64,000 nucleotides of DNA from Centroscyllium fabricii. Taxonomy: Eukaryota. The DNA is taken from NCBI GenBank assembly GCA_051313645.2, contig JBNRSN020000161.1:682001-746000 (forward strand), in the 5' to 3' direction. Of the stretch, positions 36,641-49,388 are shown piece after piece. Position 1 is the first letter of the stretch; each line of letters begins with the position of its first letter. Position numbers and translations under genes: made by a program. The notes beneath the pieces were generated by a model. The model worked only from the letters and a program-made list of their open reading frames with translations, had not been told where the DNA came from and ran no database searches.

Positions 36641-37254
36641 CAGAGGTCCCCAACCGCCGGTCCGCGGGACATTTTTACCGGTCCGCGGAAGGGTCTGTGC
36701 CTTTTTTTCTACAACGCATTTTTTGGACCGCTTCCGTCTGTGCCTCGGAAGACGTTTAATGAGGCACAGACGGAAGCAGTTTAACCGTCCCAAAACCCTC
36801 TGCAGCACCCCCCCCCCCCCCCCCACTCAGTGAAAAAAACTCCGCCAGCAGCACCCCCCCCGCCGGTCAGTCCTAAAATCTCCGCCAGCATCCCCCCCCC
36901 CGCTCAGTGAAAAAAACACCGGCAGCACCCCCCCCCCGGTCAGTCCTAAAAACTCCGCCAGCACCCCCCTCCACCCGGTCAGTCCTAAAAACTCCGCCAG
37001 CACCCCTCCCCACCGCCCCCCGGTCAGTCCAAAAAACTCCGGCAGCACCCCCCCCCCCGCGGTCAGACAAAAAAACTCCCCCAGCACTCCCCCCCACCCA
37101 CCCGGTCAGTCCTAAAAACTCTGCCAGCACCACCCACCCCCCCGGTCAGTCCCAAAAACTCCACCAGCACCCCCCAGCCCTCCCCCCCCCAGGTCCGTGA
37201 AAAAATTGACTAGCCCAAAATGGTCCGCGGTCCCAAAAAGGCTGGGGACCCCTG
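36641..37254. mobile_element. hAT-type MITE with an internal C-rich minisatellite
   Basis: Terminal inverted repeats CAGAGGTCCCCAACC / GGCTGGGGACCCCTG and an 8-bp TSD TTCTAGGT (36633-36640, 37255-37262). About 9-10 units of CCGGTCAGTCCTAAAAACTCCGCCAGCACCCC lie inside. Confidence 0.88.
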
Positions 37255-39184
37255 TTCTAGGTGGTAGAGGTCACGGGTTTGGGAACATAGGAACAGCCCC
37301 TTGACCCTGTTCCACCATTCAATGAGATCATGGCTGATCTGCGACCTAACTCCATATACCCGCCTTTGGCCCATATCCACTGATACCGTTAGACAGCAAA
37401 AATCTATCAATCTCAAATTAATAATTGGTGTAGCATCAATTGCCATTTTTGGAAGAGAGTTCTGGATTTCCACGAGCCTTTGTGTGAAGAAGTGCTTCCT
37501 GACATCACCCCGGAACAGCATAGCTGTAATTTTAAGGTTATGCTCCCTTGTTCTGGACTCTCCCACCAGATGAAAGAGTTTCTCTCTATTTACCCTCAGC
37601 TCCTTTAGGCATCTTAAACACCTCATCTAATAGGTTGAGCTTTTTCTTTTGAAGTCTCTTTTCTCCTAAGTCTCTTTTCTCCTAAAAACAAAATGTAACA
37701 TTTATAGTCACATTTTGAACCAAATAATTCTGCAACTGACTTACATTCCGTATCAAGTAATTTGGTGATTAAGTTTAGGGCTCTGTCGACCTAACCAATT
37801 ATTGTTGTCAGAGTCTTCAGGGGGAGCTCGTCCGCCCCTGTGCCGGTGACTAGGCGGTTGACCATATCTAACCAACAGCGGTGTCTGTTTAGAAGCCGCA
37901 CTGTAGCTTGGTGCAGTCGCCACAAATGCTCGATGGGGAAAGGCCACGGTTTAAGGCCGTCCCGTCTTTGTACACCGAGGGGCTCAAACCAGTGTATAAC
38001 CCCCTTGGGCTCTCAGTCTTAGAAAATGTTAAATGTAAATGTCCATGTAACCTTTCTGTAAATGGAGTGCCATGTAATGCATTTAAACTGTATTGTGGTA
38101 CAGGGTATATGAAATGTGATATTTGGATTGAACTGTAATGTATCTTGACAAGTTTTATGAATAAAGTATATTTTTGGGGAAAAAACTGGTCGCTGTTTCA
38201 CGGTCTGCGTTTCTTGCTGCTGGGAACCTCAAATCTGCTCCAACCATTTCAGTTTGACAACATTCCTTCTTATAGAAACATAATGATTCAGCAGAGAAGG
38301 AGGCTATTCAGCCCATCGTGCCTTTGCTGGCTCTTTGAAAGAGCTGTTCAATTACCCTGCCCTTCCCCCCCCCCTCTCTTGCACGTCCTAAATCATGAAC
38401 AAAATATAAATTCCTTATAATTATGCAGTTCCTTTAACATCAAAAAGAGGGAGAGGTTGCTTACATAAAAACATAAAAGATAGGAGCAGGAGTAAGTCAT
38501 TCGGCCCTTCGAGCCTGCTCCACCATTCAATGAGATCATGGCTGATCATCCAAACCCAGAACCCTGTCCCTATATCCCTCGATCCCTATCGAGCCTGCAC
38601 CGACACATATCCCACCCTATCCCCGTAACCCCACATATTCAATCCCCCTAACACTAAGGGTCAATTTATCCTGGCAAATCAACCTAACCCACACATCTTT
38701 GGACTGTGGGAGGAAACCCATGCAGACTCGAAGTAGAATCGAAAGCAGGTTTGACGTTGATACTTGGTAAAAGAACCTGTGCAAATTGCTTTAAAGGGCA
38801 ATGAACATATTGGGGGCAAGGTTAGAGCAATAGAAACGAGCGCATAATACTTTCAGACAGTTGATCGAGATAACATGCTCTAAAAGGTGTGTGTTCGCAG
38901 AAACAGCACTTCCTTCCTACTAGAAATGCAAAAAATATTGCGGATGCTGTAAATCGGAACTATTGGCCCCCTTTTGTGCTTCCCTGGCCGGCTGTTCCCA
39001 GCATTTTGAGCTTTTATTTTGTTGCTACTACGCGGGACGTTGTTGGGAATCGATTTGCAATTAAGAAAGATAGCAATTGAGAAATTGAAGAGGTAAAGTG
39101 ATCCAGAGTAACAATGCAGGGGGGAAGAAACCCTCATCCAAACTTTTGCTGACTGGAAAAAATAAAGCAAATACTTTTAACATA

Positions 39185-39485
39185 AATGCAAGAAGTCACA
39201 CAACACCAGGTGATAGTCCAACAGTTTTATTTTAAATCAGAAGCTTTTGGAGCTTCTGCCCCTTCGTCAGGTGAAAGAGAAGCTGACTTAAAGAAGGCAC
39301 ATATGGGAGAGGAAGAGAGAAATCTGATCTCCCACATCTCACCTTAGCAGCCATAATGCGGAGGTGCCAGTGTTGGACTGGGGTGGACAAATGCAAAAAG
39401 TCACACAACACCAGGTTTAAAGTCCAACGTTTTATTTTAAATCACAAGCTTTTGGAGCTTTTGCCCCTTCGTCAGGTGAAAGAGA
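39185..39485 (-). mobile_element. Tandem pair of Penelope pseudo-LTR fragments with degenerate hammerheads (39237-39274, 39442-39479)
   Basis: Both read CTGACGA-AGGGGC...GCTCC-AAAAGCTT on the minus strand, so the GAAA core is changed to AAAA. Confidence 0.7.
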
Positions 39486-39641
39486 AACTAAAGTCAAGCG
39501 AGAGACAAGAACACACAAAGGCATATTAACATACAACTAACATTTAGCATAAATGACCGAAACATAAAGTGATGACAAAGAAAACGTGACGACATTGAAA
39601 ATCGCGTAAACCAAATTCATCTATTTTTTTTTTAAACATGT

Positions 39642-39805
39642 CAGGGGAGAGCGCGAACGCAGTCCCCCACTACCACAAATTTTGCAGTCGAGTATCCCGC
39701 ATTTGGGGACATCGCAGGCGTCAGCACACCCGAAGTGCAATGGGTTAGCCTCGTCCTGGGAAAACCACCTTCTTGATCATGGTTACTCCCCTGCCAGGTA
39801 AGTAT
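39642..39805 (-). ncRNA. RNU1: U1 spliceosomal snRNA gene (copy 2, 164 nt)
   Basis: Minus strand ATACTTACCTGGCAGGGGAGTAACCATGATCAAGAAGG...CTCTCCCCTG. The 3' box GTTTAAAAAAAAAATAGA follows, and a variant octamer ATCTGCAT lies at 40003-40010 (~-200). Confidence 0.97.
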
Positions 39806-40671
39806 GCTCAACTTTAGCACACACTGCCTCCCGACATCCTTTACTACCTCTTATCATCACAACGCCTCGTTTTTTTAAATCACAATGTCCATTCAATCAG
39901 AAAGTGATTGAGCTCTGACATGTGAATATTGCTAAAATATTGCAATATAGAATGATATCCCCTTTGACAAAATAGTGCAGTGATACAGAATCTGCCGTGC
40001 TAATCTGCATATTGCCCGTAAAAGGAAATGAACCCGCCCTCAGGAACGTTGCCCAAGGCCCGCCACAGAAAGTTTTCCGGAAATAAATCGCCATATCTAT
40101 TTATTGCATATTAAGTAAATGTTTGTTGTAGCTTCTTATGGAAAATTATTCAGGATCTGATGTGTTTGAAAAAGCACTTCTGCGGTTTTGCACAGAAAGA
40201 CCAGTGCGGACACAGTGAGGCTCTGGCCGCTCAAGTCTTCATCACTTTGAGATTCACTCACTGTGGTTGAAATATTTCACAAATTTCCCATAGCTGATCT
40301 CGCTACAGAATAAAACTACCTTCCATTATTTCAGTGGGTTTGCAATCTGTCTCACTCTTTTGATCATTGTGCACATAGTGAGTGAATGATATAAGGAAAA
40401 GCCACATTAAGAGCTTAAATTTGAGACTTAGATGGAAAATAAATGTTCATTAATGTTGTTAGGCAAACCAAAATAAAGGAAAAAGAAAGAAATTTTGCAT
40501 ATCTATAGAGCCTTTCACGGCGTCTCAAAGCACTTTGCAGCCAATGAAGTACTTTTGAAGTGGAGTCACTGTTGTAATGTGGGAAATGCAGCAGCCAAGT
40601 TTGCGCACAGCAAGCTCCCACAAACAGATAATCTGATTTGTTGTGTTGGTTGAGGGATAAATATTGGCCAG

Positions 40672-43600
40672 TGATGTGCCATCAATACCTCAAAGACAAG
40701 AAGTTAAAGGATTCAACTGTAGGCTTTTAATCGCTAAGAACATTGCACGTCATTCCCCATCGGGTTCCTCTGGCAGAATGACTCATACAGCTCATAGAAA
40801 CATAGAAACATAGAAGATCGGAGCAGGAGTAGGCCATTCGGCCCTTCAAGCCTGCTCCACCATTCAATGAGATCATGGCTGATCATCCAACCCCAGCACC
40901 CCGCCCCTGCCCTCTCACCATATCCCTCGATCCCACCCTATCCCCGTAACCCCACATATTCAATCCCCCTAACACTAAGGGTCAATTTATCATGGCCAAT
41001 CAACCTAACCCGCACATCTTTGGACTCCTGAGACCTTTATGTGACAAAAGACAGGGGCGGAGCCAATACAGACAGGGGCGGGGCCAATACACACAAAGGG
41101 AAAAGGGTGCGGTACACACAATACAATACAGGTAAAACCACAGGGCTGATGAAAGACATATATTTCATCAGATTCACCCCTTCTACAGATTTAGTCTGTC
41201 CGGGGGGGTGATAGTCCTTCCTGAACGTCGCAACAGTGCCTCGGGTTCAGGCCGGGAGTCCGTGGTGCCCTCCTGGGCATACCCATGTGCTGGGGGTGTT
41301 GCAGGTACTTCTGGGGGTGGTGAGGATACCTCTGGGGATGGTGAGAAAGCATTGTTGTTGCTTCCTGCCGCGGCAAGGTCCTTTATGGACACAGTGCCCT
41401 CACGCCCGTCGGCGTGCTTGACGTGTGCGTACTGTGGGTTTGCGTGGAGTAGGTGTACTGCCTCCACGAGTGGATCTGTTTTGTGGCCCCTCACATGCAT
41501 CCGTAGTAAGACTGTCCCTGGGGTGGAGAGCCACGAAGGTAGGGACACTCCGGAGGTTGATTTGCAGGGAAACATAAACATCTTCTCGTGAGGACTGGTA
41601 TTAGTAGCCGTACACAGTAGCGACCTTATCAAGTGGAGTACGTCTGGGAGGACCTCTTCCCAACGGGAGGTAGGGAGGCCTCTAGACCTTAGCACGAAGG
41701 TGACCGCCTTCCACACCGTCGCGTTCTCCCTCTCCACTTGCCCATTACCCCGGGGGTTATAACTAGTGGTCCGACTCGTGGCTATCCCCTTTGACAGCAG
41801 GTATTGGCGCAGTTCGTCGCTCATGAACGACGCCCCCCTGTCAGTGTGGATGTAGTTCAGCATGTCAAACATGCAAAACAGGCTGCCGAGGCACTTGATG
41901 ACCGTGGCACTGGTCATGTCTGGGCAGGGGTAGGCGACTGGGAAGCGGGAGTACTCATCCACAATGTTGAGAAAGTACACATTGCGGTCGGTGGAGGGGA
42001 GGGGTCCCTTGATATCTAAGCTCAGGTGCTCGAATGGCCGTGTAGCTTTGATCAGGTGGGCTCGGTCGGGCCTGTAAAAATGGGGCTTGCATTCCGCACA
42101 GGTGCGGCAGTCCCTGGTCATAGACCGGACCTCCTCGATGGAATAGGGCAGGTTACGGGATTTTATAAAGTGAAATAGCCGGGTGACCCCCGGGTGGCAG
42201 AGGTCATTGTGGAGGCCCTGTAGCCTGTCCCACTGGATGCTGGCACACATCCCTCGTGATAGGGCGTCAGGGGATTCGTTGAGGGCCCCGGGCCTATATA
42301 TTATGTCGTACTCAAACGTGCAGAGTTCGATCCGCCACCTGAGAATTTTGTCGTTCTTAATCTTCCCCCACTGTTTGTTGTTGGACCAGTTTTCGATCGC
42401 CTAGATGGGTCAGAGAGGAATTTCACAGATTTTTTCTCCCAAATTGGCCACTGGGTTTTTTATCTGGTTTTTCGCCTATCCCGGGTGATCACATGGGTTT
42501 GGGCGGGATGGAGAGTAAAAATAAAATTGAGGTTAGGATCAGATCAGCCATGATCTTGTTGAATGGCAGAGCAGGCTCGAGGGGCCGATTGGCCTACTCC
42601 TGCTCCTATTTCCTATGTTCTTATGTTAAACATGAAGGCTACCGACCACTGGTTGGTAAGCAGGGTGAAGCGTTTTCCGGCTAGGTAGTGCCTCCAGTGC
42701 CGCACTGCCTCCACTATGGCCTGGGCCTCCTTCTCTACCGAGGAGTGCCTGATCTCGGGCCCTTGGAGGGTTCTTGAGAAAAAGGCTACAGGCCGTCCAT
42801 CCTGGTTGAGGGTGGCTGCTAAGGCAAAGTCGGACACATCGCTTTCGACCTAGAAAGGGATGTTTTCATCCACTGTCCACAGCGCGGCCTTCTCAATGTC
42901 GTGTTTAATGTTGAAGGCAGTGTGGGCTTCGGCCGTGAGCGGGAAGGACGTTGATTTCAGGAGGGGACGGGCCTTGTCGGAATAATTGGGGACCCATTGG
43001 GGGTAATAGGAGAAAAACCCCAGGCACCTTTTCAGGGCCTTGGGAGTGTTTGGTAGGGGTAGCTCCCGTAGGGGGCGCAATCGGTCGGGGTCTGGACCGA
43101 TTTCCCCATTTTCCACCACGCAGCCCAGGATACAGAGGCGCGTGGTGCTAAAGACACACCTATCCTCGTTGTAGGTGAGATTGAGTCTGCGGGCGGTTTT
43201 CAGAAATCTCGCAAGGTTCGAGTCGTGGTCTTGCTGGTTGTGGCCGCAGATGGTGGCGTTGTCTAGGTATGGATAGGTGGCTGTTAACCGGTTCTCATCG
43301 ACCATGCGGTCCATCTCCTGCTGGAAGACCGAGACCCCATTCGTTACCCCAAAGGGGACGCATGGGAGTGGTAGAGGCGTCCGTTCGCCTCAAAGGCAGT
43401 GTATGGACGGTCCTCCGGCCTAATGGGGAGCTGGTGGTATGCCGATTTTAGGTCGATGGTGGAAAACACCCGGTATTGTGCAATTTGGTTAACCATAACC
43501 GCTATGCGGGGCAGAGGGTAGGCATCTAGCTGGGTGTATAGATTAACCGTCTGGCTATAATCTATCACCATCCGCTTCTTATCGCTACCCTTAACTACTA

Positions 43601-45426
43601 CTACCTGGGCGCTCCACGGGCTGGCACTGCATTCGATAATACCCTCCCGCTTGAGTCTTTCTACTTCAGACGCAATGAACCGTCTGTCCTCCCAGCTGTA
43701 CCGCCTACTCTTGGTCGCTATGAGTCGACACTTAGGTGCGAGGTTGGCGAACAGAGAGGGCGGCTTGACCTTCAGGGTAGCCAGACTGCACACTGTGAGG
43801 GGCGGCTGGGACCCACTGTAGGTAAGTGTGATACTTTGGTGGTGGCACTGGAAGCCCAGACCCAGGATCATGCTCACACAGAGGTCTGGCATTATCAACA
43901 GTTTAAAATCTCTGTAATCATTGCCTTTTACCAACAACATAACCGCGCAGAAACCTGTAATATGTGAGGTATGAGTCTTATCAGCCATGGTGATTTTGCC
44001 CTGTGTAGGGACTATCGTTAGTGAAAGTCATTTTACCAGGCTAGGATGAATAAAGCTTTCGGTGCTCCCGCAGTCAATCAAGCATTTAACCTTGTTCCCG
44101 TTTACCTCTATGTCCATCATCGATTTAGACAACGGATACGGCCTGGATTGATCCACTGTGATTGAGGCCACCCGTGGGTCCTGGGGGTCCGTGGAGTCGG
44201 GACAAGATGGCATCCAAGATGGCTGCCCCCACGGCGTGCACGCGGCGGGACAAGATGGCTGCCCCCACGGTGCGCACGCGACGGTGGCGGAGTTAGAGGC
44301 GGGGTTCCCTCTGCAGACTTTGCTGAAATGTCCTTTCTTCCCGCATTTAAAACAGGTGGTGCCCTTCTCTGGGCACAGATGCCTGGAGTGTCTGTCCTGG
44401 CCGCAAAAGTAGCATTTCGGGCCCCGATGCATCGCGGCAGTAGTGGGGCTCCTGGGTGGAGGCTGGGGCTCCGATGGTGCTGGGCTGGCCTGAAACCTGG
44501 GAGGTGAAGATGGCTTCCAAGATGGCTGCCCCCATGGTGCGCATGAGGCGGTCTGGGCCGCGTGGCCTGAGGAATAGGATTCAGCGTTCCTCTGGGCCAT
44601 ATCCAGCGATCGCGCTATGTCTATAGCCTGTTTTATGCCAGTCCCTCCTTTTCAAACAGTCTCTGCCGAATGTAATTTGGACTGAGGCCCGCAATAAAGG
44701 AGTCGCAGATCAGCTCCTCCGTGTACACGGTGGCAGACACGGCCTTACAATTACAGTCTCTGCCCAGTACTTTCAGGCTTCGCATGAAGTCCTCTAGTGG
44801 CTCACCATGCCACTGCATGCGAGTAGTCAGAAGATGCCTGGCATACACCTCGTTTATTGGCCGCACGTAGTGGGCCTTCAGGATGGTGCAGGCATCCTCA
44901 TAGTTGACAGCATCTTGGATGAGAGGGGAGACCCGATGACTCACCTGGTTTCGCAGGATTCCCAGTTTCACATCTCCAGTGGCGGTCGCGGCTGCTATGG
45001 CGGTGGCTGAGGTTTCAATGAAAAATTCAAAGCATTGGAACCAGTGTCTGAACTGTGTGGCTGTGTCTGTGGCATGGGGGTCCAGATCCAAGCGCTCAGG
45101 TATCAGGAGTCAATCCACCTTGGTGTTTTAGCGATTAAAATTGATGTGCCATCAATAACTCAAAGACGAGAAGTTAAAGGATTCAACTGTAGGCTTTTAA
45201 TCGCAAAGAACATTGCACGTCATTCCCCATCAGGTTCCTTAGGCAGAATGACTCATGCAGCTCCTGAGACCGTGTGACAAAAGACAGGGGCGGAGCCTAT
45301 ACAGACAGGGGCGGGGCCAATACAGACAGGGGCGGGGCCAATACACACAAAGTGAAAAGGGTGCGGTACACACAATACAATACAGGTAAAACCACAGGGC
45401 TGATGAAAGACATATATTTCATCACA
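40672..45426 (-). mobile_element. Gypsy element C, full length, decayed; LTRs 45142-45426 (5') and 40672-41172 (3', SINE-interrupted)
   Basis: 5-bp TSD GCCAG on both sides, inside a Deu-SINE. Gag with CCHC knuckles, protease LIDCGS, RT, RNase H and integrase are broken over several ORFs. A secondary insertion lies at ~42383-42626. Confidence 0.95.
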
Positions 45427-45569
45427 GCCAGGACACCAGGGATAACTTCCCTTCTCTTCGAAATCGTGCCATGGGGTCTTTTACATCCACCTGAGACAGC
45501 AGACAGGGCCTCTGTTTAACATCTCATCCGAAAGATGACACCGCCAACAGTGCAGCATACAGTCACAAA

Positions 45570-48500
45570 TGGCCGAAAAATTGGCACTCTAGGGCCGGTG
45601 CCAAATTAGCGCCCAAAATGGCACCCCGCGCTAAATTCAGCTGGGCGCTAAGTTGGGGGCTAACTGGTAGCACGCCAACGAATTTTGCGCCCAGTTGGTC
45701 ATCGTGAATGATGTCGTCAGTCTGCGCAGTGCCTGGGAGGCGCTGCGCGGCCGCAATTAGGCAGCGCCCGCCGTTTAATCGCGGGGTGCTGCCCGCGCCA
45801 GCTTTATGCAGTCCTAGCAGCAGCACCCGAGCGCTGCTTAAAGGGAAGTGCGGCGGTCGGCAATTTTATTACTGGCCGACCGCCAGCACCTTCCAACATT
45901 CCATAGACTCTCGATCAGTTCCGATGGAGTGGATGGTGGCTAATGTAACCCCACCTTTTAAAAAAGGAGGGAGGGAGAAAACAGGGAATTACAGACTGGT
46001 CAGCCTGACATTGGTAGTGGGTAAAATGATGGAATCAATTATTAAGGATGTCATAGCAGACCATTTGGAAAGTGTGGATTTGTGAAAGGGAAATCATGCT
46101 TGACAAATCTTCTGGAATTTTTTGAGGACGTTTCCAATAGAATAGACAAGGGAGAACCAGTGGATGTGGTGTACTTGGACTTTCAGAAGGCTTTTGACAA
46201 GGTCCCACACAAGAGATTGGTGTGCAAAGTTAAAGCACATGGGATTGGGGGCAATGTGTTGACGTGGATTGAGAACTGGTTGGCACACAGGAAACAAAGA
46301 GTAGGAGTAAATGGGCAGTTTTCAGAATGGCAGGCAGTGACCAGCGGGGTACCACAAGGTTCAGTGCTGGGGCCCCAGCTGTTTACATTATATATTAATG
46401 ATTTGGACGAAGGGATTAAATGTTGTATCTCCAAATTTTCAGATGACACTAAATTGGGAGGCAGTGTGAGCTGCGAGGAGAATGCTAAGAGGCTACAGAG
46501 TGACTTGGACAGGTTAGATGAATGGGCAAATGTATGGCAGATGAAGTACAATGTGGATAAATGTGAGGTTATCCACTTTGGTGGTAAAAATAGAAAGACA
46601 GACTATTATCTGAATGGTGACAGATTAGGGAAAGGGGAGGTGCAACGAGACCTGGGCGTCATGGTACATCAGTCACTGAAGGTGGAAATGCAGGTACAGC
46701 AGGCAGTTAAAGCAAATGGCATGTTGGCCTTCATAGCAAGGGGATTTGAGTACAGGAGTAAGGAGGTGTTGCTACAGTTGTACAGGGCCTTGGTGAGGCC
46801 ACACTTGGTATGTTGTGTGCAGTTTTGGTCTCCTAACTTGAGGAGGAACATTCTTGCTATTGAGGGAGTGCAGCGAAGGTTTACCAGATTGATTCCCGGG
46901 ATGGCCGGACTGACATATCAAGAAAGACTGGATCAACTGAACTTGTACTCTCTGGAGTTCAGAAGAATGAGGGGGGATCTCATAGAAACGTTTAAAATAC
47001 TGACCGGTTTAGACAGGTTAGATGCAGGCAGAATGTTCCCAATGTTGGGGAAGTCCAGAACCAGGGGGCACAGACTAAGGATAAGGGGTAAGCCATTTAG
47101 GACTGAGATGAGGAGAAACTTCTTCACCCAGAGAAACATAGAAACATAGAAACATAGAAAATAGGTGCAGGAGTAGACCATTCGGTCCTTCGAGCCTGCA
47201 CCGCCATTTAATGCGTTCATGGCTGAACATAAGAACATAAGAACACAAGAAATAGGAGCAGGAGTAGGCCAATCGGCCCCCCGGGCCCGCTCCGCCACCC
47301 AATAAGATCATGGCTGATCCTACCCTAACCTTCATACCACTATCACCCTTCATCCCACCCAAAGAACCATGTGATCTCCTGGGAGAGGCGAAAAACTGGA
47401 TAAAAACCCAGGTCCAATTTGGGAAAAAAATCCGGGAAATTCCTCTCCGACCCCAATCTAGGCGATCGAAACTTGTCCAGGAGATCACTCAGGTCTTACT
47501 ATACTAACAATAGCTCAGGTCCACTTCCCTGCCCGCTCCCCGTAACCCCTAATTCCCTTGTCTGCTAAAAAACAGTTTTATTCTGTGGAATTCTCTACCA
47601 CAGAAAGTTGTTGAGGCCAGTTCACTAAATATATTCAAAAGGGAGTTAGATGTAATACTTACAACTAGGGGGATCAAGGGATATGGTGAGAAAGCAGGAA
47701 CGGGGTGCTGATGTAGCATGTTCAGCCATGGACGTATTGAATGGCGGTGCAGGCTCGAAGGGCCGAATGGTCTACTCCTGCACCTATTTTCTATGTTTCT
47801 ATGATCTCCCTCGGCTTCCCCCTCGGCCTCCCCCGCTGCTCCCCGGTGGGGTGAGGCCTCCCTCAGCTGAGCCCGGCACTTCCCCCGAGTGCCGAGCTCG
47901 TTATGCGGTTCCCGGTCCCTCGGCGGCCCCGCGGGGCTCTGGCCGCAGCCGCGCTAGGCCCCGCCCCTTTAATGGGGAAGGCCGGCCTGCCGTTCCACAG
48001 GCCGCCGCTGTGGCCTCACTCGCGCAGCGTGACGCCAGCACCCAGGATTTCAGCCGCCTTGCACTAAGAGCGAGGCGGCCCGCTCGATTCCTCGCCTGCC
48101 CAAACGGAATGGGCGATGCGGCCAACTGCGGCATTTTTAGCGCCAGCGATGAGCTGATGCTAAAAATAGTGCATCGCCCGGGTCAGCGCCACAATTTGTG
48201 CGCTGACCAATTTTTCGGCCCAGTCCTAGGGGGAATAATTGGTCAGCGCACACTTTGTGGTGCTGACCTGGGCGATGCGCTATTTTTAGCACCAGCTCAT
48301 CGCTGCCGCTAAAAATCCCGATATTGGCCGCATCGCCCATTATGGTTGGGCGGGCGAAGAATCCGGTGGGCTGCCTCGCTCTTAGTGCGAGCTTGCCGAA
48401 TACCTGGGCACGGGCGCCGTGCTGCGTGACTGAAGCCGCAGCGGCGGCCCGCAGAACGACAGGTCTCCCTCCCCCATTAAAGGAGAGGGGCCGAGCGCGG

Positions 48501-48770
48501 CTGCGGCTGCGGCCAGAGCCCCGCGGGGCCGCCGAGGGACAGGGAGCCGGAGAACGAACCAAGCACTCAGGGGAAGTGCCGGGCTCAGCTGAGGGAGGCC
48601 TGACCCCACCAGGGAGCAGCGGGGGAGGCCGGGGGAGGCCGAGGGGGGAGCTGCTGGCGGTCGACCAGCAATAAAAATGGCCGACCGCCGCACTTCCCTT
48701 CAAGCAGCGCTTGGGCGGGGAAAGCTGGCACGGGCAGCGCCATGAGGCAGGACCGCAGGCGCTGCCCAAT
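45570..48770. repeat. GC-rich MITE-like family, two inverted copies; the first is split by a CR1
   Basis: 45570-45890 plus 47803-48220 begins GGCCGAAAAATTGG and ends CCAATTTTTCGGCC. 48232-48770 is an inverted second copy, and related sequence occurs at 58574-58840. Confidence 0.7.
45890..47802 (+). mobile_element. CR1 LINE RT region and 3' end with nested SINE pieces
   Basis: ORF 46082..47149 (355 aa) carries the CR1 RT motifs. The 3' end resumes at ~47584 and ends in the CTATGTTTCTATG tail. Confidence 0.92.
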
Positions 48771-48772
48771 TT

Positions 48773-49388
48773 CGGTGATAGTACTGTATCCGCATTTCTG
48801 AGTATCTATGTTTGTTGGGCAGAACCCATGGGTGCTGCTCTCTGAATGTGAAGTTGGACTGTTGCAGTCTTCCTCCTACACCGAGTAGTTCGTGTTTGTC
48901 CAGGACTGGTCTGAGTTCTTTGATCTTACAGTCCTTGTTTAGGCCTTTCCCTGCCTTCAATAATTTGATCTCCTGACTGAAACTCTGTTGTTGTGTTACT
49001 TTGGTCCAGTACTTTTCTGCCTCGAGGAGTTTGTCAGCAGTCAGTTCACCTCATGTCGTTGTGTTTGTTAGAGCATTAGCTGTGAATCTCTTTATCCAGG
49101 CAGTCACTCTGAACACTCTTTTTAGTTTGCTGTACCCTTCTAGCTCCAACAGCGTTTCAGTGACGTCTGCGTCATTTGCGGCGAGCTGTACAGCAACCTG
49201 GTGACTGGACTTAAGTTCTGTGTTCACCTCTTCTAGAACATGGTCGTCATCAGTCTCCTCTGACTGATCGGGTGATGTCAGAACACTGGGTCCGTTCCAC
49301 TATAACTGGCTCTGTGTCAAGTTTTAAACAGTTTGTCCTCTTGTAGGGAGGTCGGTTGGATTAAGTCTTCCCTGCGATGTGTGACCAT
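48773..49388 (-). mobile_element. BEL/Pao LTR retrotransposon fragment (RNase H to integrase region)
   Basis: The minus strand gives NPTDLPTRG, WNGP, RVTAWIKRF and LGVGGRLQQS...HPWVLP, with stops. Confidence 0.8.

Noticed and set aside
36790-37200. Regular repeats that could suggest a CRISPR array or a Pro/Gly-rich protein
   Set aside because: No unique spacers or cas genes, and the context is eukaryotic. It is a minisatellite inside a hAT MITE with a TSD.
47683-48769. ~210-aa ORFs on both strands
   Set aside because: By-product of a GC-rich inverted repeat with few stop codons; no domain similarity.
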